Source: Sphyrna mokarran (lineage: Eukaryota). From it: a stretch of 64,000 bases of DNA. The translations under genes and the position numbers were made by a program. The DNA lies in the NCBI GenBank assembly GCA_024679065.1, contig JAGIQG010000009.1:99386001-99450000 (forward strand). The letters are read 5' to 3'. The notes beneath the pieces were generated by a model. It had not been told where the DNA came from and did not search any database. It was given only the letters and a program-made list of their open reading frames with translations. Positions 38,872-52,957 of the stretch are shown here, in pieces; positions within the stretch are counted from its first letter, which is position 1; each line of letters begins with the position of its first letter.

Positions 38872-41800
38872 TTGTGCAAATAATGACTAACGGTATAATA
38901 CAATATCACAAAAAAGATGGCTTTGGACGTGAACCATTTCAAAAATAGAACACAATGACTCGGAATTCATTGTATCCTACGTGGTTGCAATTCCAGGAGA
39001 TAGAACATTAAATCAGAATATCCCTGGCTATCCACTTAAGGTCAATTGAGGTAGTGCCAAGGCAACAGTGAGCAATATTACCAAGTGCACAAAACGGTCT
39101 GTTGAATATTTCGAAAATGTAATTTCTCAGACATTCGGTGCCTCGGGCGCATTTCAGCGTGTAGTATCTGACATGTGCAATCACTTCCAATCGGCTGAAT
39201 ATTAAGCATATGGCCACCCAATGGATCAAATTCTCAAATGGAGAGCCATAATAATACGAGAAATATCTTGATTTTTCACATGTCCAAAGCATAATTGACT
39301 GTCGGCAGATAGTCAACAGATCTTTCCGAGGCCGCTGAAGTTTTTTCATCAACTGGAGGAGATATAATTCTATTATTGTCTAAATGGTATGTGAGCACCA
39401 GCATGTTCTTTATCCCATAGCAGTCGTGACATGTGCTTTCTCAGATAATCTGTCACGTAATCATGTGATCTGACGTTTATCTCCTCTCCGAAAGCCACTG
39501 CACTATAGGGTGTATAAGTGAAAAGATGGCTCCTGAAATCGGATTGAAATCACCCCTTGAAGTATAGGGACAGTTGCAAACCGACGGCTATCAGGCGATA
39601 TGTCTATTCAGCTCATTTGTATAACATGTGGGTGGCACTCCGTATTATGCCCCAATAAGGGTTTCTTGGATTATTCTTATCAACTGAACAATTTATTTTC
39701 TTCAGTTATCGTGCGAGCGATCCCATACTGTGGGCCCAATCATGGCCCGTGAGAATTTGTTAGGCGACGGTACTGATGAAAAACCAAAGTCTAGTCATAG
39801 CTTCAAACTCAGCCTGCTATACTTTTCAAGATCTTAGCACGGGTCAGGCATGCTAAGGTTTTCATGCTCATTGCTGCACTTTACTTTCTCATTGCAGGTT
39901 CACTGCTGATCGCTATCTTCTGAGAGCTGAGACGATCCTGCTCATGAGAGCTTTGCGCAGCTCCGCGAGCTTTTCCAATGAATAGAATCTGTTATGATCA
40001 ACCCCAAGCAACTCATAGCCTCGTAACCTTCCCCAAACGTACGCATGGACGCCCACATACCGTTAGTCGATAAATAAATTTCCAAGTGTAATACCGTGAT
40101 GTATTACTCTTTTTCCGAGTGCGCCTTTCTGATGCATCTCCCTCCCTCACTTCGTACTACTCACTTCTTCCCTTTCCCATCTTGCCACCGTCTATTACCA
40201 ATTGTAGTGCAAGCAAGTTGTTTGTTCAGAGGAATAGGGTTTGCAACTCGGCGAATCAAGGGATGCAGGAAAGGATAAGCACATTGACTTAAAAGCCAAG
40301 ATTGCGTTTGAACGGAGGGGCAAGCATGACAGCCAGATAGCCTACGCTTGTTTCATTTCATTGCGCCCTGTTTCCTGGTCAAGGCTTCACTTTTATTTTT
40401 CTAGCATCCTGCCTCGAGAACCTGGGAACAGTGTGAAGCCTCCTCTGTTTCCAAAGCAACCTGAAGTACTTGTGTCACTTGCAAAGCATTGGAAAAACCG
40501 CTGGCAACACAACAGTTCCGTAACACGTGCTCTGGATGCAGCCTAGTGTCATATTTGACAGCCGTTGCTTAGTGTCAAGTTGCCTGTTATAGATCATAGA
40601 CAAAGTTTGACAGTACACTGACAGCTCCAATGAACTGATGCTTTCTCCAAGACACCGTGTTTAGCAGTCTCAATAGTTAATTGGCCTGCATGCTGTTCTC
40701 ATTTCAGTACAAATTTGTTTCTCCTTACACTACAATTCTTGCGAATCATTCCTATGAGTAAAAGGCGAAACGCCTCGAGAAATATTTGTTCTTCTTTCAA
40801 CAATATTCAATTAACACAAAAAAAGAAAATGCTTCCAGTTTCGCCTAGCGCCGGGACCTGCCAGTCCTCCCGAAAGTCCATGGAATTTTTCGCCGACTGT
40901 GTATTCTCCCATGGCTGGTCCCATCACGGCGGGGGGCAGAATAATATTTAGTGTATCAATCATTGTGTCTGCTATTATATACCAGTTGCCTTCATATTCA
41001 ACGCATCCAACAAAAAGATATTATCAAATTGGCGAATAATGAAATATTTAGTTCCATTCGATTGAAAACTCTTACATGAAATAACCGAAACTGTCAGTGT
41101 ATTTAATTGATTCACTTGGAATCTTGAATTGAAACAAGTATTGCTAAGCAGTGTTTACCATCTGCAAGACACAGTATTAGAACTCACAAATATTTATTCC
41201 AAAGCACCTTCAAAACTGACGACTGTTGCCATCTAGAATAACATGGATAGCAGCTACATGGGAAGGATAGCGAGTAGAAGTTTCCCTGCAAATCTCTCGC
41301 CATCCTGAATGGGAAATGCATCCCTCTTCTTCATTTCCTCTGGGGCAAAGTTCTGTAATTTTTTTTCTAACAGCATTGCAGAATAACGCACACTGCTTTG
41401 ACCGCAGCGTTTCAAGAAAATATCTCGCCCCCACCTTCTTGGAAGTAATTATAAATAGGATATCAATAATGCTAGTTCAGCAAGAAATACTTTTATCTCC
41501 TGCAGAAGAAATAAACCACTTCAAACTGTTTTATTGCCCATTTTATACACATTGAGCCCTTGGCCCTGCATACTCAGTTACTGATTTCCAACTTTCACTC
41601 CCATTTTTCCTTTCCCTCTAGAATCATGCTGTCAGCGTTCTAACTCGCAGCAAAGCATACTGAACCACTCTTGAGCCGTTTCAGCAAATATTAGCACTCG
41701 TGTATTACGTCGTAACTCTGGTAAACCGTACAGTCTCTCGATACACTGGACAGACCCGGACCAGAATCACTTCAAACGCTCCCCAAATATAAATCAGTTT

Positions 41801-43021
41801 CCCTCTTATTATCTATCCAGTTATCTACATTCTAATTCCTGTCCAGAGAACGGATCTCTCTGGCATTTTCCTTTGCTGTTGTACCATGACGCCTTGCATA
41901 TAAATTTTAGTCAGGATTTGGAATTAAACCTTTCTATGTTTTGATATGTTCTTATTTTCGGTTTGAAGTTTTCGAATGACTATGGAACCCTTAATACATC
42001 GAAACAAACATACATTTAAGCCCTTTAGTCTAGCACGTAGTGGTTTGCAGGGGAAAGAAGTAAAGTACGCAGATCAATCCCGGGAATTGATATTCTGATG
42101 AAGTCCAAATTCAATCATTTTTCTGAACTGGGAGGACAAAATTTGCTCTTAGTACGAAATAGTAAATTTAGAAATAGCTGGTCTATTTGGTTCACTGGCC
42201 ATTGCTTACATCACAAAATAAATCATCAGACCAGAAATGTGATCCTGCAATGTGCTGAAGAAAATGAAGAGAAAAATAATGGTAAAACGGTTACAATTGG
42301 TTTTAAAAGCCTTCATAACTGATTTCGAAAAAGCATGCGCGTGAAGCGTATTTCAAAAGAACATTGTTACCTTAGCTGATCAAATCACGAAGTATTTTGG
42401 TTACCCGAGAGAAGCACAATGGGAAAGAAGAATGCACTAAGTAGTGAAAAAGAACCTGAATTGTAAATAAATAGCTAGCACACTTGCCACAATCCTTGCA
42501 ATGTGGCCTTATTTGTACAATAGTCAACAATAAGAGAAGAGCCACTAAAATGGATGGATTGATTGATTGATGCACGTTTTAGATGTACTAAATGAACGTA
42601 CACAAATCTGAACAAACGAATTTTGCCTTTCGAGTCGGCTTCATCATTCAATAAGATCATGGCTGATATGATTGTAACCTCTATACCAACATTTATACCA
42701 ACCCACAATTAACTTTCATCGTTGTTAATCAAGAGTATCAGAATCTGCCTGACAAATATCGAAAGACTTTACTTCCGATGCCTCTAGAGGACCAGGGTTT
42801 CAAAAACAGAGGACATTAAAAAAATCTCCGAATCGCTACTTTCAATGCCCCACACCACTTTAATGTGGAAAGTAAATTCGAATGGAATGCAATTTCTTTT
42901 CTTTAGAAACGAAAGTCGGGTACTGAGAAAACTGCTAATTTTAGTGAATAAGACTGATTAGTAATTGGGAATAAAAATTCGATAGAGTGGCATTTTCCCT
43001 TCTGCTAACATTGTTTTATAC

Positions 43022-43057
43022 CTGATAATTGCATAATATCTTTCAGGTTTTCGATGT
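43022..43057 (-). CDS. 36-nt microexon DIENLKDIMQLS
   Basis: ttttctttttcag|ACATCGAAAAC...TTATCAG|gtataa. Confidence 0.88.
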
Positions 43058-44465
43058 CTGAAAAAGAAAATCGGGTGAAACTTACCTAGCTTTGATTTCA
43101 TGTTTAATCACTTGATAGGAAAAAACATACATTTGATAGTATCCTTGTCCAACCGATGTTGTATATGTCTTACAAATTGAGCTTTTTTTAATCACCAAGC
43201 AGAATATGAGGCAAGGGGAGTAGTGAATAAACTGACAATAGATGCTGTCAGAACAAAGAGTCATGGACGGAATATTCTGGCCTTTCAAGCCTGAGGAACC
43301 TGGGTGTCATCATTCCCACCACGAGTTTCATTGTGGAGTGTGACGCATTCAAAGGGAAACCCCGTTTACAACGGTGAGGCCAGTAGGTGCCGCTGCGAAC
43401 ATGCGGAGTGTTTGGTGAAAATGGTAGAATGGTTGAGGGGAATATACGGCTTCTTCTGTCACATTTGGCATTGTGAAGGATCAATTCACATTGTCATTGT
43501 TCCAACCGTCCGTCACTCTGCAACTTCTTGTTTTTCGGAGCTACTTCCCCCTGAATGCCTCTATCGAATTATCTTCACTATACTCTCAGTACAGTGCATC
43601 GTCATCGCGCCGTTTATTCTTTGGCTACTCATGTGAAATCAAATAGATTTTAAAAAATCATGGAATAAATTAAGTAACACCTGTGCTTAACAACGTGCTG
43701 ACATTAGTCTATTTGCAGTTCTTGCAGGATAACTCACTTTAAAGGCTGCAGTAAGAAGTAAACATAATGCAGATATAAACAACCCGGAGTTGAAATTGAA
43801 AACCTCTTTTTTTGAAGAATTAACATTTCATTGGTGAAATATATGCTGGAAAATTAAATACAAAGGAATAAAGATTATAGTTGCACTTGAAATCTGCATG
43901 GACATGATTAGTAAGTCTGTTCTGTTTTATTTTATTGATGTACTATCGCATTTAAATATTGTCTAAGTGCAATTTCTGCCGTGTGAAGCTTGATAGCATG
44001 CAACCTGTTCTGACATTAGAATAGGATTAGCGTTGGTCGCCTTTTCTCGTTCCAGGCAAACATTTTTTTTAAAAATGTTCATGAATTACAAACAAATGAT
44101 GCAAAAGTATATTATAGTCTAAATAATCTTACTCATACAACGATGCTGATATTACTGTATGGGGTTGTTGGGGGGGGGGGATGGCGACAAACGGATGTTC
44201 GGCTAGTTATTATTATCTTCATACCCTATAACTTTCTCCTAGCCTTCAACTCTTCATCTTGTGTCCAAATATGAAGGCAAAAACGAATAGCTTGTTAGAA
44301 TATATGCTCTCCATCAATGGATTAACTAATCTTGCATAGAGATATAACCACACATTATATTTATAGAAAAAATACTTTTGGATCTTATTAATGTTTAACA
44401 TGTTGTAAATGCACCAACTTGTAATATAAACAGAACCGCATGTTTCTTTGTATGTTTTCTTTTAC

Positions 44466-44501
44466 CTGAGAGTTTTATAAGTTTATTAAGATGTTCAATT
44501 T
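44466..44501 (-). CDS. 36-nt microexon EIEHLNKLIKLS
   Basis: attatttttgtcag|AAATTGAACAT...CTCTCAG|gtaaaa. Confidence 0.88.
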
Positions 44502-45034
44502 CTGACAAAAATAATGGAAATAAAGAATAAAAGCGATGAATAAAAATAGAAAAAAAAAACTTAAAAAAAGGTAGTTATAGTAGCATCTGCGGAGAGAGAA
44601 ACAGAGTTAGCATTTGGACTTCATATGACTACTTCAGGGTTTTAGAGAAGGATAAATGTAATACATTATATACCAGAAAAGAAGGATGGAGAAGCTGAGC
44701 AACGTAGAACCTCAGAAATAAGTGGTACAAGGTGACATTGCAACAAGAACACGAGTCACAGGTAGTATTAAGTGTTACAAAGTTTACTCACAATACTAAT
44801 TAATGTAATATTTAACTTTTATAAAAAAAATCAGGTTTTGAAATTGCCCCATTAACCAGAGTGAGACACATTAATGCATGACACGATTATTTTCCAGATT
44901 AAGGGTTCACATTGAGACTTGCACGGCATAGCTCGCTTTGAGGATGGAACGAAAATATAGTTTACTTGAAATACATGCATGAGGACTCGATTACGACCTA
45001 AGATGTGCATTGAAGATAGCCAGACAAAATGGAA

Positions 45035-46375
45035 ATCAAGTTTTTTCAAGGAAGTGACGAAGATGACTGATGAGATAGGAAAGAGCGTGTTGTCTACATG
45101 GACTTCAGTAAAGCTTTTGATAAGACTGGTGCATAAGGTGACGTCGCATGGAATTAGTGCTGAGCTGGCCAGATTGGTACTGAACTGGCTTGATCATAGA
45201 AGGCAGAGGTCAGCAGTGGAACTGTGTGTTTCTGAATGGAGGGCTGTAACAAGTGGCGTTCCTCAGGGATCAGTGATGGAATCTTTGCTGTTTGTTTTTT
45301 ATATATATATAATATGAATAATTTGGAGGAAAATGTAACTGGCTTGATTAGCAAGTTTGGCCACAACACAAAGGCTGGTGGGTTCACGGATATCAATGAG
45401 GACAATCAGAGGATATAGCAGGATATGGATCGATTGGAGATTTGGGCGGACAGATTGCGGATGGAATTTAATCCAAACCAATGTGACGTAATGCATTTTA
45501 GAAGACCTAATACAGATATGAAATATTCATTAAAGGGCAGAACCCTTAAGAGTATTGATAAGCAGAAGGATATGGGTGTACAGGTGCACAGGTAACGCAG
45601 GTGAAGAAAGTAGTCAAGAAGGCATAAGGCATACTTGCCTTCATTGGCTGGAGCATTGAGTTAAAAAATTGGCAGATCATGTTGCAGCTTTATTGAACCT
45701 TAGTTTGGTTGCACTTGGATTATAGTATTCAATTCTGGTCACCACACTACCAGAAGGATGGGGAGCCTTTGGAGAGGGTACAGAAAAGTTTTACCAGGGT
45801 GTTGGCTGGTATGGAGGGTATTAGCTATAGGAGAGGTTGGGGAAAATTAGTTTGTTCTCACTGGGATAACGGAAATTGAGGGCCACCTGGTAGAAGGCTA
45901 CAAGATTATGAGGGGCATGGACATAATGGATAATCAATGGATAATTAAAAGCTTTTCCTCGGGGCGTAAGTTAATTACTAGGGAGCATACGTTTAAGGTG
46001 CGAGGGACAAGGTTTAGAGGAGATGTATGCAGCAAGTTTTTTTTTGCATAGACGAATTTTCAAACATCATTTTTCCTTGCTTTCATTACGCCGCGTTTAT
46101 GCAAATGACAATACAGCTGGACTATTGAGTATTACATTTCATTACGTCAAACAAGTGTGACATAAATATTTCGAAGTGTGTGCCTGGAACTTGCTGCCGT
46201 GGGAAGCAGTGGACTAGATACGTTAGTGACTTTTAATGCGCATCTTGACAAATGCATAAATAGGAATGGAATGGAGGGGCATTGTCCCTGGAAGATAGGT
46301 AGTTTTAGTTCGGCGCATGATTGGTGTGGGCTTGGAGGGTAGAATGGCTTATTCCTGTACAGTACTTTTTTTCTT
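45035..46375 (+). mobile_element. CR1 3' portion (RT C-terminus), degenerate
   Basis: GVPQGSV, SKFGHNTK, ttctggtcaccacactac; interrupted at 46054-46176. Confidence 0.9.
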
Positions 46376-46711
46376 CGTTGAAATAAGAAAGGCTATTCGT
46401 GTACACTTGGCTGACATATTGTTGAATTTGAGCCTTGATCGTCGAGGTGCATTCTATGTCACGTAGGCATAAATATAATAATTTCCACTGACAGTACTTT
46501 TCACCATTATTTCACGAGTAATCACACTTAATCTGAGGCTAGGCTGGATATTAGGTGCATCATTGTTAATAAAAAAAACCTCTGGTTCTTCGAAATATTT
46601 ATGCCATATTTGTTCAACGTAACGAAATGTAACACTCAATAGTCTAGCTGTAGTTGCCATTTGCATAAACACTGCGTGATGGAAGCAAGGAAAAATGATG
46701 TTTGAAAATTC
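46054..46711. repeat. ~123-bp inverted repeat (46054-46176 / 46588-46711), ~411-bp spacer
   Basis: gaattttcaaacatcatttttccttgc...ataaatatttcgaag is the reverse complement of cttcgaaatatttatg...ggaaaaatgatgtttgaaaattc, with scattered mismatches. Confidence 0.93.
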
Positions 46712-47328
46712 TTCCCAAAGTCACAGATGAGGGAATAGGGCTGCACTTCTAATGAAGAATGACAATGTAGGAATAACTTGCAATTTCACTTGAAGTCAGT
46801 AAATCAGATGTCATTCAGGCCTGCGATATCCTAATACGTTAAATACGATTTATCTGGACTGTATTTGCCTCATAAACGAATCAATTTCGGGTTTGAAAAA
46901 GAGTGAAAGTTGCCAAACATACTTTGCGATTGAGTCTCGAGTGGCGTTGATAATCTCAGTTCCCAGAACATTAGGAAGTCGAAATTTCTGTTTTATTTTA
47001 CAGATTCACTCTACGGTTCACAATATAGAGCGACAGTAATGTTACTGCCTGGTATTGACGCCATTTTGAGCCAGAATATTGCATAAATTACGCGAGGCAC
47101 AGTCAGTGCAATGCTCATAAGCATGCATAACTTTTTTTTAAAAACAATAATTGTTCTGTTAATGTGTGCAACTATATTCAGATATGGCTTTATAAAAGAA
47201 TATGAAAATAACATGGCTAAAATGAGTGCGCGGATTTAGATCACATGAACCCGTTTTAATACTGGCATTGGGGAAACATTTCAGGATATTTAAATTGTAA
47301 AATAAAATAAAGGTCTGCTGAGACTTAC

Positions 47329-47355
47329 CTTTCTCTTGCTCGATGATTCTTTTTT
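47329..47355 (-). CDS. 27-nt microexon EKRIIEQEK
   Basis: ttttctgtcttag|AAAAAAGAATCATCGAGCAAGAGAAAG|gtaagt. Confidence 0.92.
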
Positions 47356-48119
47356 CTAAGACAGAAAAAAATTCCTTACATTTTAAGCAAGCAGGAAATA
47401 TATTTCCTTCTCACAATAAATCAAAATAAACTATTTTTCTGAAGTGCAAAATCTTAAACAATGTTCAGCCAGGTTAAAGCTTTTCTCTTCATGTATTAAT
47501 GGGATGTAGGCACCAGGGACTGTGCTATCAGTTATTCAGCAATCCTGACTGGACTTGAGCTCCGTGATTCAGAGGGGATACAAGGGTCAGCAACATTGCT
47601 TTGGATTTGTAATCACATGCAAGCCAGACTAGGTAAGCGTCGCAAAGTTCCTTGCCAAAGAGGCATTAGCGAAGCATATGCACTCACTAACGCCCTCAAT
47701 TAATGTCTTTTCGAAAAATGACATCGATATCTGCGCATTATGGTAAAGCAGATTGTCGAATTTCAATCCGAGTCATGCAAAAGAACAATATGATTAGTAA
47801 AAAGATGAGTTATATTCGGTACCAAACGTTAATTATTTCCCGTTTTCTTATAAATTTGTTCAGCACTTTGAGTTTCGTTAGAAATATGGAAGTTTGTGAT
47901 ATAAATGCAATACGTTTTATGTATTTTGTTAGCGTTCTGTCTCGTCTTGTCGGGAAATCATTCCACCATATTGACTGCACTCCAAAGCCTGCAAGGATTT
48001 TCTAGAATGTTTCTATAAGGTGGAACAGAGATTACTGATCTGGTTGCGTGAGGAGTGCAATGGGAAGGAAAGGCCTCTGGTGGGGTTTGGAGTTCCTGCA
48101 GCTCCATCGTAAATTGTAT

Positions 48120-48216
48120 TTCCATCTTTCCTTCCATCCTTCCTTCCTTCGTTCCTTCTTTCCATCCTTCCTTCCTTCCTCCCAACTTCAGTTCTTCCTT
48201 TCATCCTTCCTTCATT
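48120..48216. repeat. Imperfect (CCTT)n microsatellite
   Basis: ccttccatccttccttccttcgttcctt... Confidence 0.9.
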
Positions 48217-48508
48217 CAATCTTTTAGATTCTGTTCGAACTAAAATGTGCCCTTCGATCTCTCTGTAAGTCCATCCATTCTCTATCCCACCATTCTTCCA
48301 CCCATAATCTTTCCAGCAACCGACTTGTCTAATAATCTATTTACTGATGTGACAATTGAACCTGTTCTCGAGAGGAAAATGAGCAAAACGGGCAAAATAA
48401 TGGCTCCCACAATCAGACTTTTCATTACAGTTTGTATAAATGACTACCAATATTCATTTCAAATGCATAACTAATTTGAAGTGCATTAAAAAAAGATGCT
48501 ACTGGCAC

Positions 48509-48544
48509 CTGCTTTCTTCAGGTGGTCTTTCAGTCTTCGAATCT
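48509..48544 (-). CDS. 36-nt microexon EIRRLKDHLKKA
   Basis: ttattttgttcgtag|AGATTCGAAGA...AAAGCAG|gtgcca; fits the EIxxLxxxL motif. Confidence 0.88.
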
Positions 48545-50805
48545 CTACGAACAAAATAAACAGTTTTTCATAAAATGAATCGCTGCAATTTTATTATTTC
48601 AGCCTTAGCATGTCACAGAAATATTATTAGTTTGAGGAAAGTTGCACCTCTTTTTTTCTGCACTGCATGATTTAGAAAAGCGAGAATATTCGCACTTCTG
48701 CAGTTCAAAAGTTTCCATACGCATTGCTGAACTTGCAGATATTGTAACTTTACTCTCAGTAAGTATTTACCACAAGCAAGTTTTATTTTCATTTAAGCAA
48801 GCTGCCTTTGTCGGAATAGTATATCTGTATTTGCAAATTTTCACGAAAATGGCTGACGTCAGACCAGCACAACGTCAGATTCATTTATTAGGAAAAAATG
48901 AATGAACACGGCAATATATGTCATTATTAAAAAGGTACGGATTTGGAATTTCTCTTTCAGAGTCATAGCTCTTAAATACCTAGCTATTGAAAGAGAACAC
49001 ACATCATTAAGACAAAACATTAGTCTGAATAAAGTAAGAGAAAACGCCTTCCACATTACACATTGAAATCAAATAATCGTGAGAGTGTCCAGGACAGATT
49101 GAGGGTGCAATAAGTTCTAAGGCATTATTAGTGGATGCAGCATTTTAAAAGTCATTTCGGTAATGTAACAAGCAGGATGCAGTAAATGGGCGCAATCAAG
49201 TAAATACACTTTCATTTCCAAAGAACGCTGTGTGTGGTGCCACTTTAAACGTTACTGCAAAAAAATACGACCTTCTGATATTTGAAGTGATACATGGCTA
49301 TAAGCAGAAGGTTGGAAAATAATCTTTTCAGTTTTGCAAGTTGTGATTACTGGACAGAAATAAAAATCAATGGTGAACCTCTGCTATGTGCATACTATGC
49401 TATTCAATTAGACAAAAATGTTAGCTGTATTGCAGCAAAATTTGCTGACGAATCTAAGTCAGTGAGAAATGGAATTACATATGTACAATATATATGCATA
49501 CACACGCACATTTACATAGATAATAGATCAAAACGTGACACATTCTAACATAAAACAAAGAACAAACATGAATTACATACAATAGGAATGCAGAATGTGA
49601 TGGATCCGAGTGGCCGTGTATTTAACTCACAAAAACCTAACATTTGGGTACAGCAAGTAAATAGAAAGGAAATTGTATGTTCGTGTTTATTGTAATGAAG
49701 ATTGAGAATAGAATAGATATGTGCACTTCTTCATATATGAAGGCGATAGGGGCCAATCACTTTGCACAGAGGCTTGTTTCTTTTTGTAAAATTGTTTCTC
49801 AGAGATCAGTAGAAACCTACTCATTGGATAGCGTCAAAGATCAGTCATCGGTATTTTGAAACACACAGGAGTCAATGATCATAGAAGGCAGGAAAGAATG
49901 TGGGCTAAATGACACCATCAGATTCAAAATCATCTTATTGAATGGATGCGCAACTTAATGAACAGCCTCTGCTCTATTTGTTATGATTTTACACAAGAGT
50001 CAATCAAACATCTAAAGGAGACGACTTTGAAAACAGATTATATAATGGAAGCAACTATAAGTTCAGAAAATGAAAATTATTAAGCAAGAAACGACTTTGT
50101 GATTGTTATTGTACTTAATGGAACTCATTGTTTTGAGATTTCACAAGTGAAGGCCGAAATGTCAATTAATTTTAGCGACGTTAAAAAATCGTAATAAACA
50201 TTGGGAAAATGTGGAAAGAGTCACATTACGTTTGGTCCATATATTACCTTTGTAATTGTATGAAGGAGATTGCGATATAATGCTTTGCAATTAAATAAAA
50301 TGTGATTTCCAGAAGTAGTTGAAATAAATACATAATTGCAAGATGTGTAGCCAAATAGATAAATCCATAAATATGGCACACATAATCTGAGTTGCTAATG
50401 AGGGGAAAATGATTTCTTTTCCCGTGTTATTGCCAAAGTAGATGGCACTGGGCATAGGAAGGACTATTTGATGAAGAGGATGACATTTCCATAATTAACT
50501 AGCTCATTTAATCTAAACAGAAGGAATTTCAAGGAGGTACTCAGGGTGGGGTGTTGTGTCGACCAAACCATATGACGTTTATTAATCTTTCCCGATGAAT
50601 GCCATTGAATCACGTCGGACACACAACATATCAACTGACCATAGTTCCCAATTTATCCATGTGAACTCCGACGCTGCACTCACATCTTTTCCCATATTTC
50701 CTTATCTAATTCTATGATACTGAATTTCCATTCCTTGTTCTATCACAAATATTTCTATCTTCCCTTTGAAGACATTCGAGCTATTCGCTTCAAATACTCC
50801 CTCAT

Positions 50806-51131
50806 GTTACGAATAGTATGTAACTTGAAATTCAATTTATATTTATACTTACGTGCTAACACAATTGAAACATGTTTCTAGTTCCAATTAGAAATGTTTG
50901 TGTTCTTGCATTTGTTTAGAAATCTTTGCAACATTTTTGTGCTTTGCAATGTGTTATTTTTCTTATTTAATAATTATTTTATTGTTTGTGTTAAAGGTAC
51001 GCTAACATAAGGAAATCACTGTACTGAGCAAATTAAAGCCGCGCATTACAGAATAGCAAAGTTAGCATTTACCAAGCGAGTGTTATTCTGGGCTCAGACT
51101 GTTCAGTACTAACACCAGGTGGGATCGTAAA
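50806..51131. mobile_element. Probable short solo LTR
   Basis: begins tgttacga and ends gggatcgtaaa (near-inverted termini); internal attaaa; no clear TSD. Confidence 0.45.
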
Positions 51132-51199
51132 CCCGCATAAGCACATCGACTACAACAGCAGGTGAAAGGCTAGGAAAACTGAGCGAGTAAACAAATTCC

Positions 51200-51665
51200 T
51201 AACACCCCAAAGCCGGTTCACCATCTACAAGGCACAAGTCAGGAGTGAATTGGAATGCTCCCCAGTTGCCCGAATCGTTCAACTCTAGCAACACCGAGGA
51301 AATTTGAGGACAAAGCAGCCTGCTTCATTGGAACCACATCTTCGCTGTCTATCATCAATGCTCAGTAGCAGCTGAGCGTATTATCTGCAAAATGCACCTT
51401 AACAGTTCACCAACAGATACACGGGAACACCACTGTCTCTTAGCCACTTAGAATTCTAACCAGTAAATATATTGTCATTCGTTTACAGTCGCTGGGTCAA
51501 CATTCTCAACGTTCTCCCTAATGTCACCGTGGTCAACCAACAGCACGTGGACTGTAGCGTTTCAAGATTGCAGCTCATTTTCACCTTCTCAAGGGCAACT
51601 CGAGAGGAGCATTAAATGCTGGCCAGCCAGAGACGCCTATGTTCCCTGACTGAATTTAAAAAAAG
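51200..51665 (+). mobile_element. 3' end of CR1/L2-group LINE (same family as 11690-15112)
   Basis: accatctacaaggcacaagtcaggagt (TIYKAQVRS), caccttctcaagggcaact, aaatgctggcc tail. Confidence 0.75.
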
Positions 51666-51714
51666 TCTATAGTCCTAACATGCTATATGTTCAGACTTAT
51701 GGCTGAAAAATTCC

Positions 51715-52790
51715 AAGGCCGGGAATCTCCCATTCGCTGCGCTAATGATTTTAGCGAGCAGGGAAAATCAGGCGTCGACCAATTTGCGAGGTTACGGTGA
51801 GTATTCGCGCAGAAAAGCAACGAGAAAGCAGGGTCAGCATTCAAATAGCATTTCGCATGTTATTTAAGTAATATTAAATACTAGCATCTCCCACTCTGCA
51901 AGGATATTTCATTCCAACTGATTTACACTAGCTTCCCGCTGACCGGGAACAGGAGGAAGTGAAGGGGGAGGGGAGGGGGAACTACCTGGCCCTCCACGGA
52001 GTCTGGGCCCAGGGAATGGTATGCCCTGGGCATGAATACCCTAGCAGTGCCATGCTTTACACACTAGCACAGCCGAACGGGTAAAATGGCCAGCGGATGG
52101 GCACCAAGTATGGATCAGTGCCAAGGAGACATTGCCAATTATAGGAAGGGTTTAGGGAGCGATGTCTATGCGGCGAAAAGTGTGGGTGGGGGTTCCCGCT
52201 GCCACTCTGCAGTCTGGATAGGTCAGTGATCAGATCGGACTGATCGGGGCAGGGGGGCGGTGATATCCGCCTACTGGGGGTCAGAATTTCGGGGAATGGG
52301 GAGTCTGGACTGTGGGAAAATGGGTTGGTCTGCAGGTGGGTCGGTTAAATGTCGCAAGTGAATTGGGGAAGGTGGTTGGAGAGAAGGAGGCAGGCCATTA
52401 ATGGCGAGCCAATGATCAGATTGTGGTGGGAGGCGGGCGGGGTGCAGGACGGCAGAGATGGCTGCATTGCGGAGGTCGAGGAGTTGGCCAGAAATGATCA
52501 GGTCAGCAAAAAGGGAGATTGTCAGTGCGGGAAGAGTACGCAAGTGCCATTCTCGGCACTGAAAGATCGGCGCGTGCGGAGTGGTCCGATCAGCACTCTG
52601 ATTTCAGTATCTTGAGCAACAATAGGCCCCGTCTTCTGAAATCCAATGATGTTCGCGCTAGTGGCCTCTGCAGTGCACAGAGAGTGGGAGATTCTTGTCT
52701 GAAATCTTATTGATGAAACCACCGTGAATTACTCCAGCTTTGAATTCGACGTTAGAAGTTACTGGGAGTCACTTCTGATAATTATCGCCT
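51715..52790. mobile_element. GC/G-rich interspersed element, probably a non-autonomous DNA transposon
   Basis: abrupt GC-rich island in AT-rich DNA; ends aatctccca...cgctaat vs gcgctag...tgggagatt partly inverted; family not determined. Confidence 0.45.
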
Positions 52791-52930
52791 CAAGCCTTGC
52801 TTGTCAGAGAACAAAATTAGTAATGAATGGCAGGGGTGCTACACAAATCAAACCACATTGACTAGTTTTTATACTCCGAGTATAAAACTTTATATTTCAA
52901 AAATAAAGCATTTTCTGAATAAGCATTTAC

Positions 52931-52957
52931 CTTTGTCTTTTAAAATGAGAGCTTTGT
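52931..52957 (-). CDS. 27-nt microexon DKALILKDK
   Basis: ttttttgacag|ACAAAGCTCTCATTTTAAAAGACAAAG|gtaaat; paralogous to exon 5206-5232. Confidence 0.9.

Noticed and set aside
40165-40191. 27-nt AG..GT segment reading DGGKMGKGR (minus strand)
   Set aside because: Poor acceptor (tggtaatag) and a glycine-rich peptide unlike the array.
42210-42254. 45-nt segment with a strong acceptor and gtaagc donor
   Set aside because: In-frame TGA in phase 1; at most a poison exon, with no support.
43086-43110. Perfect donor CTAG|gtaagt just upstream of exon 43022-43057
   Set aside because: It would need a 28-nt intron and a 25-nt frameshifting exon.
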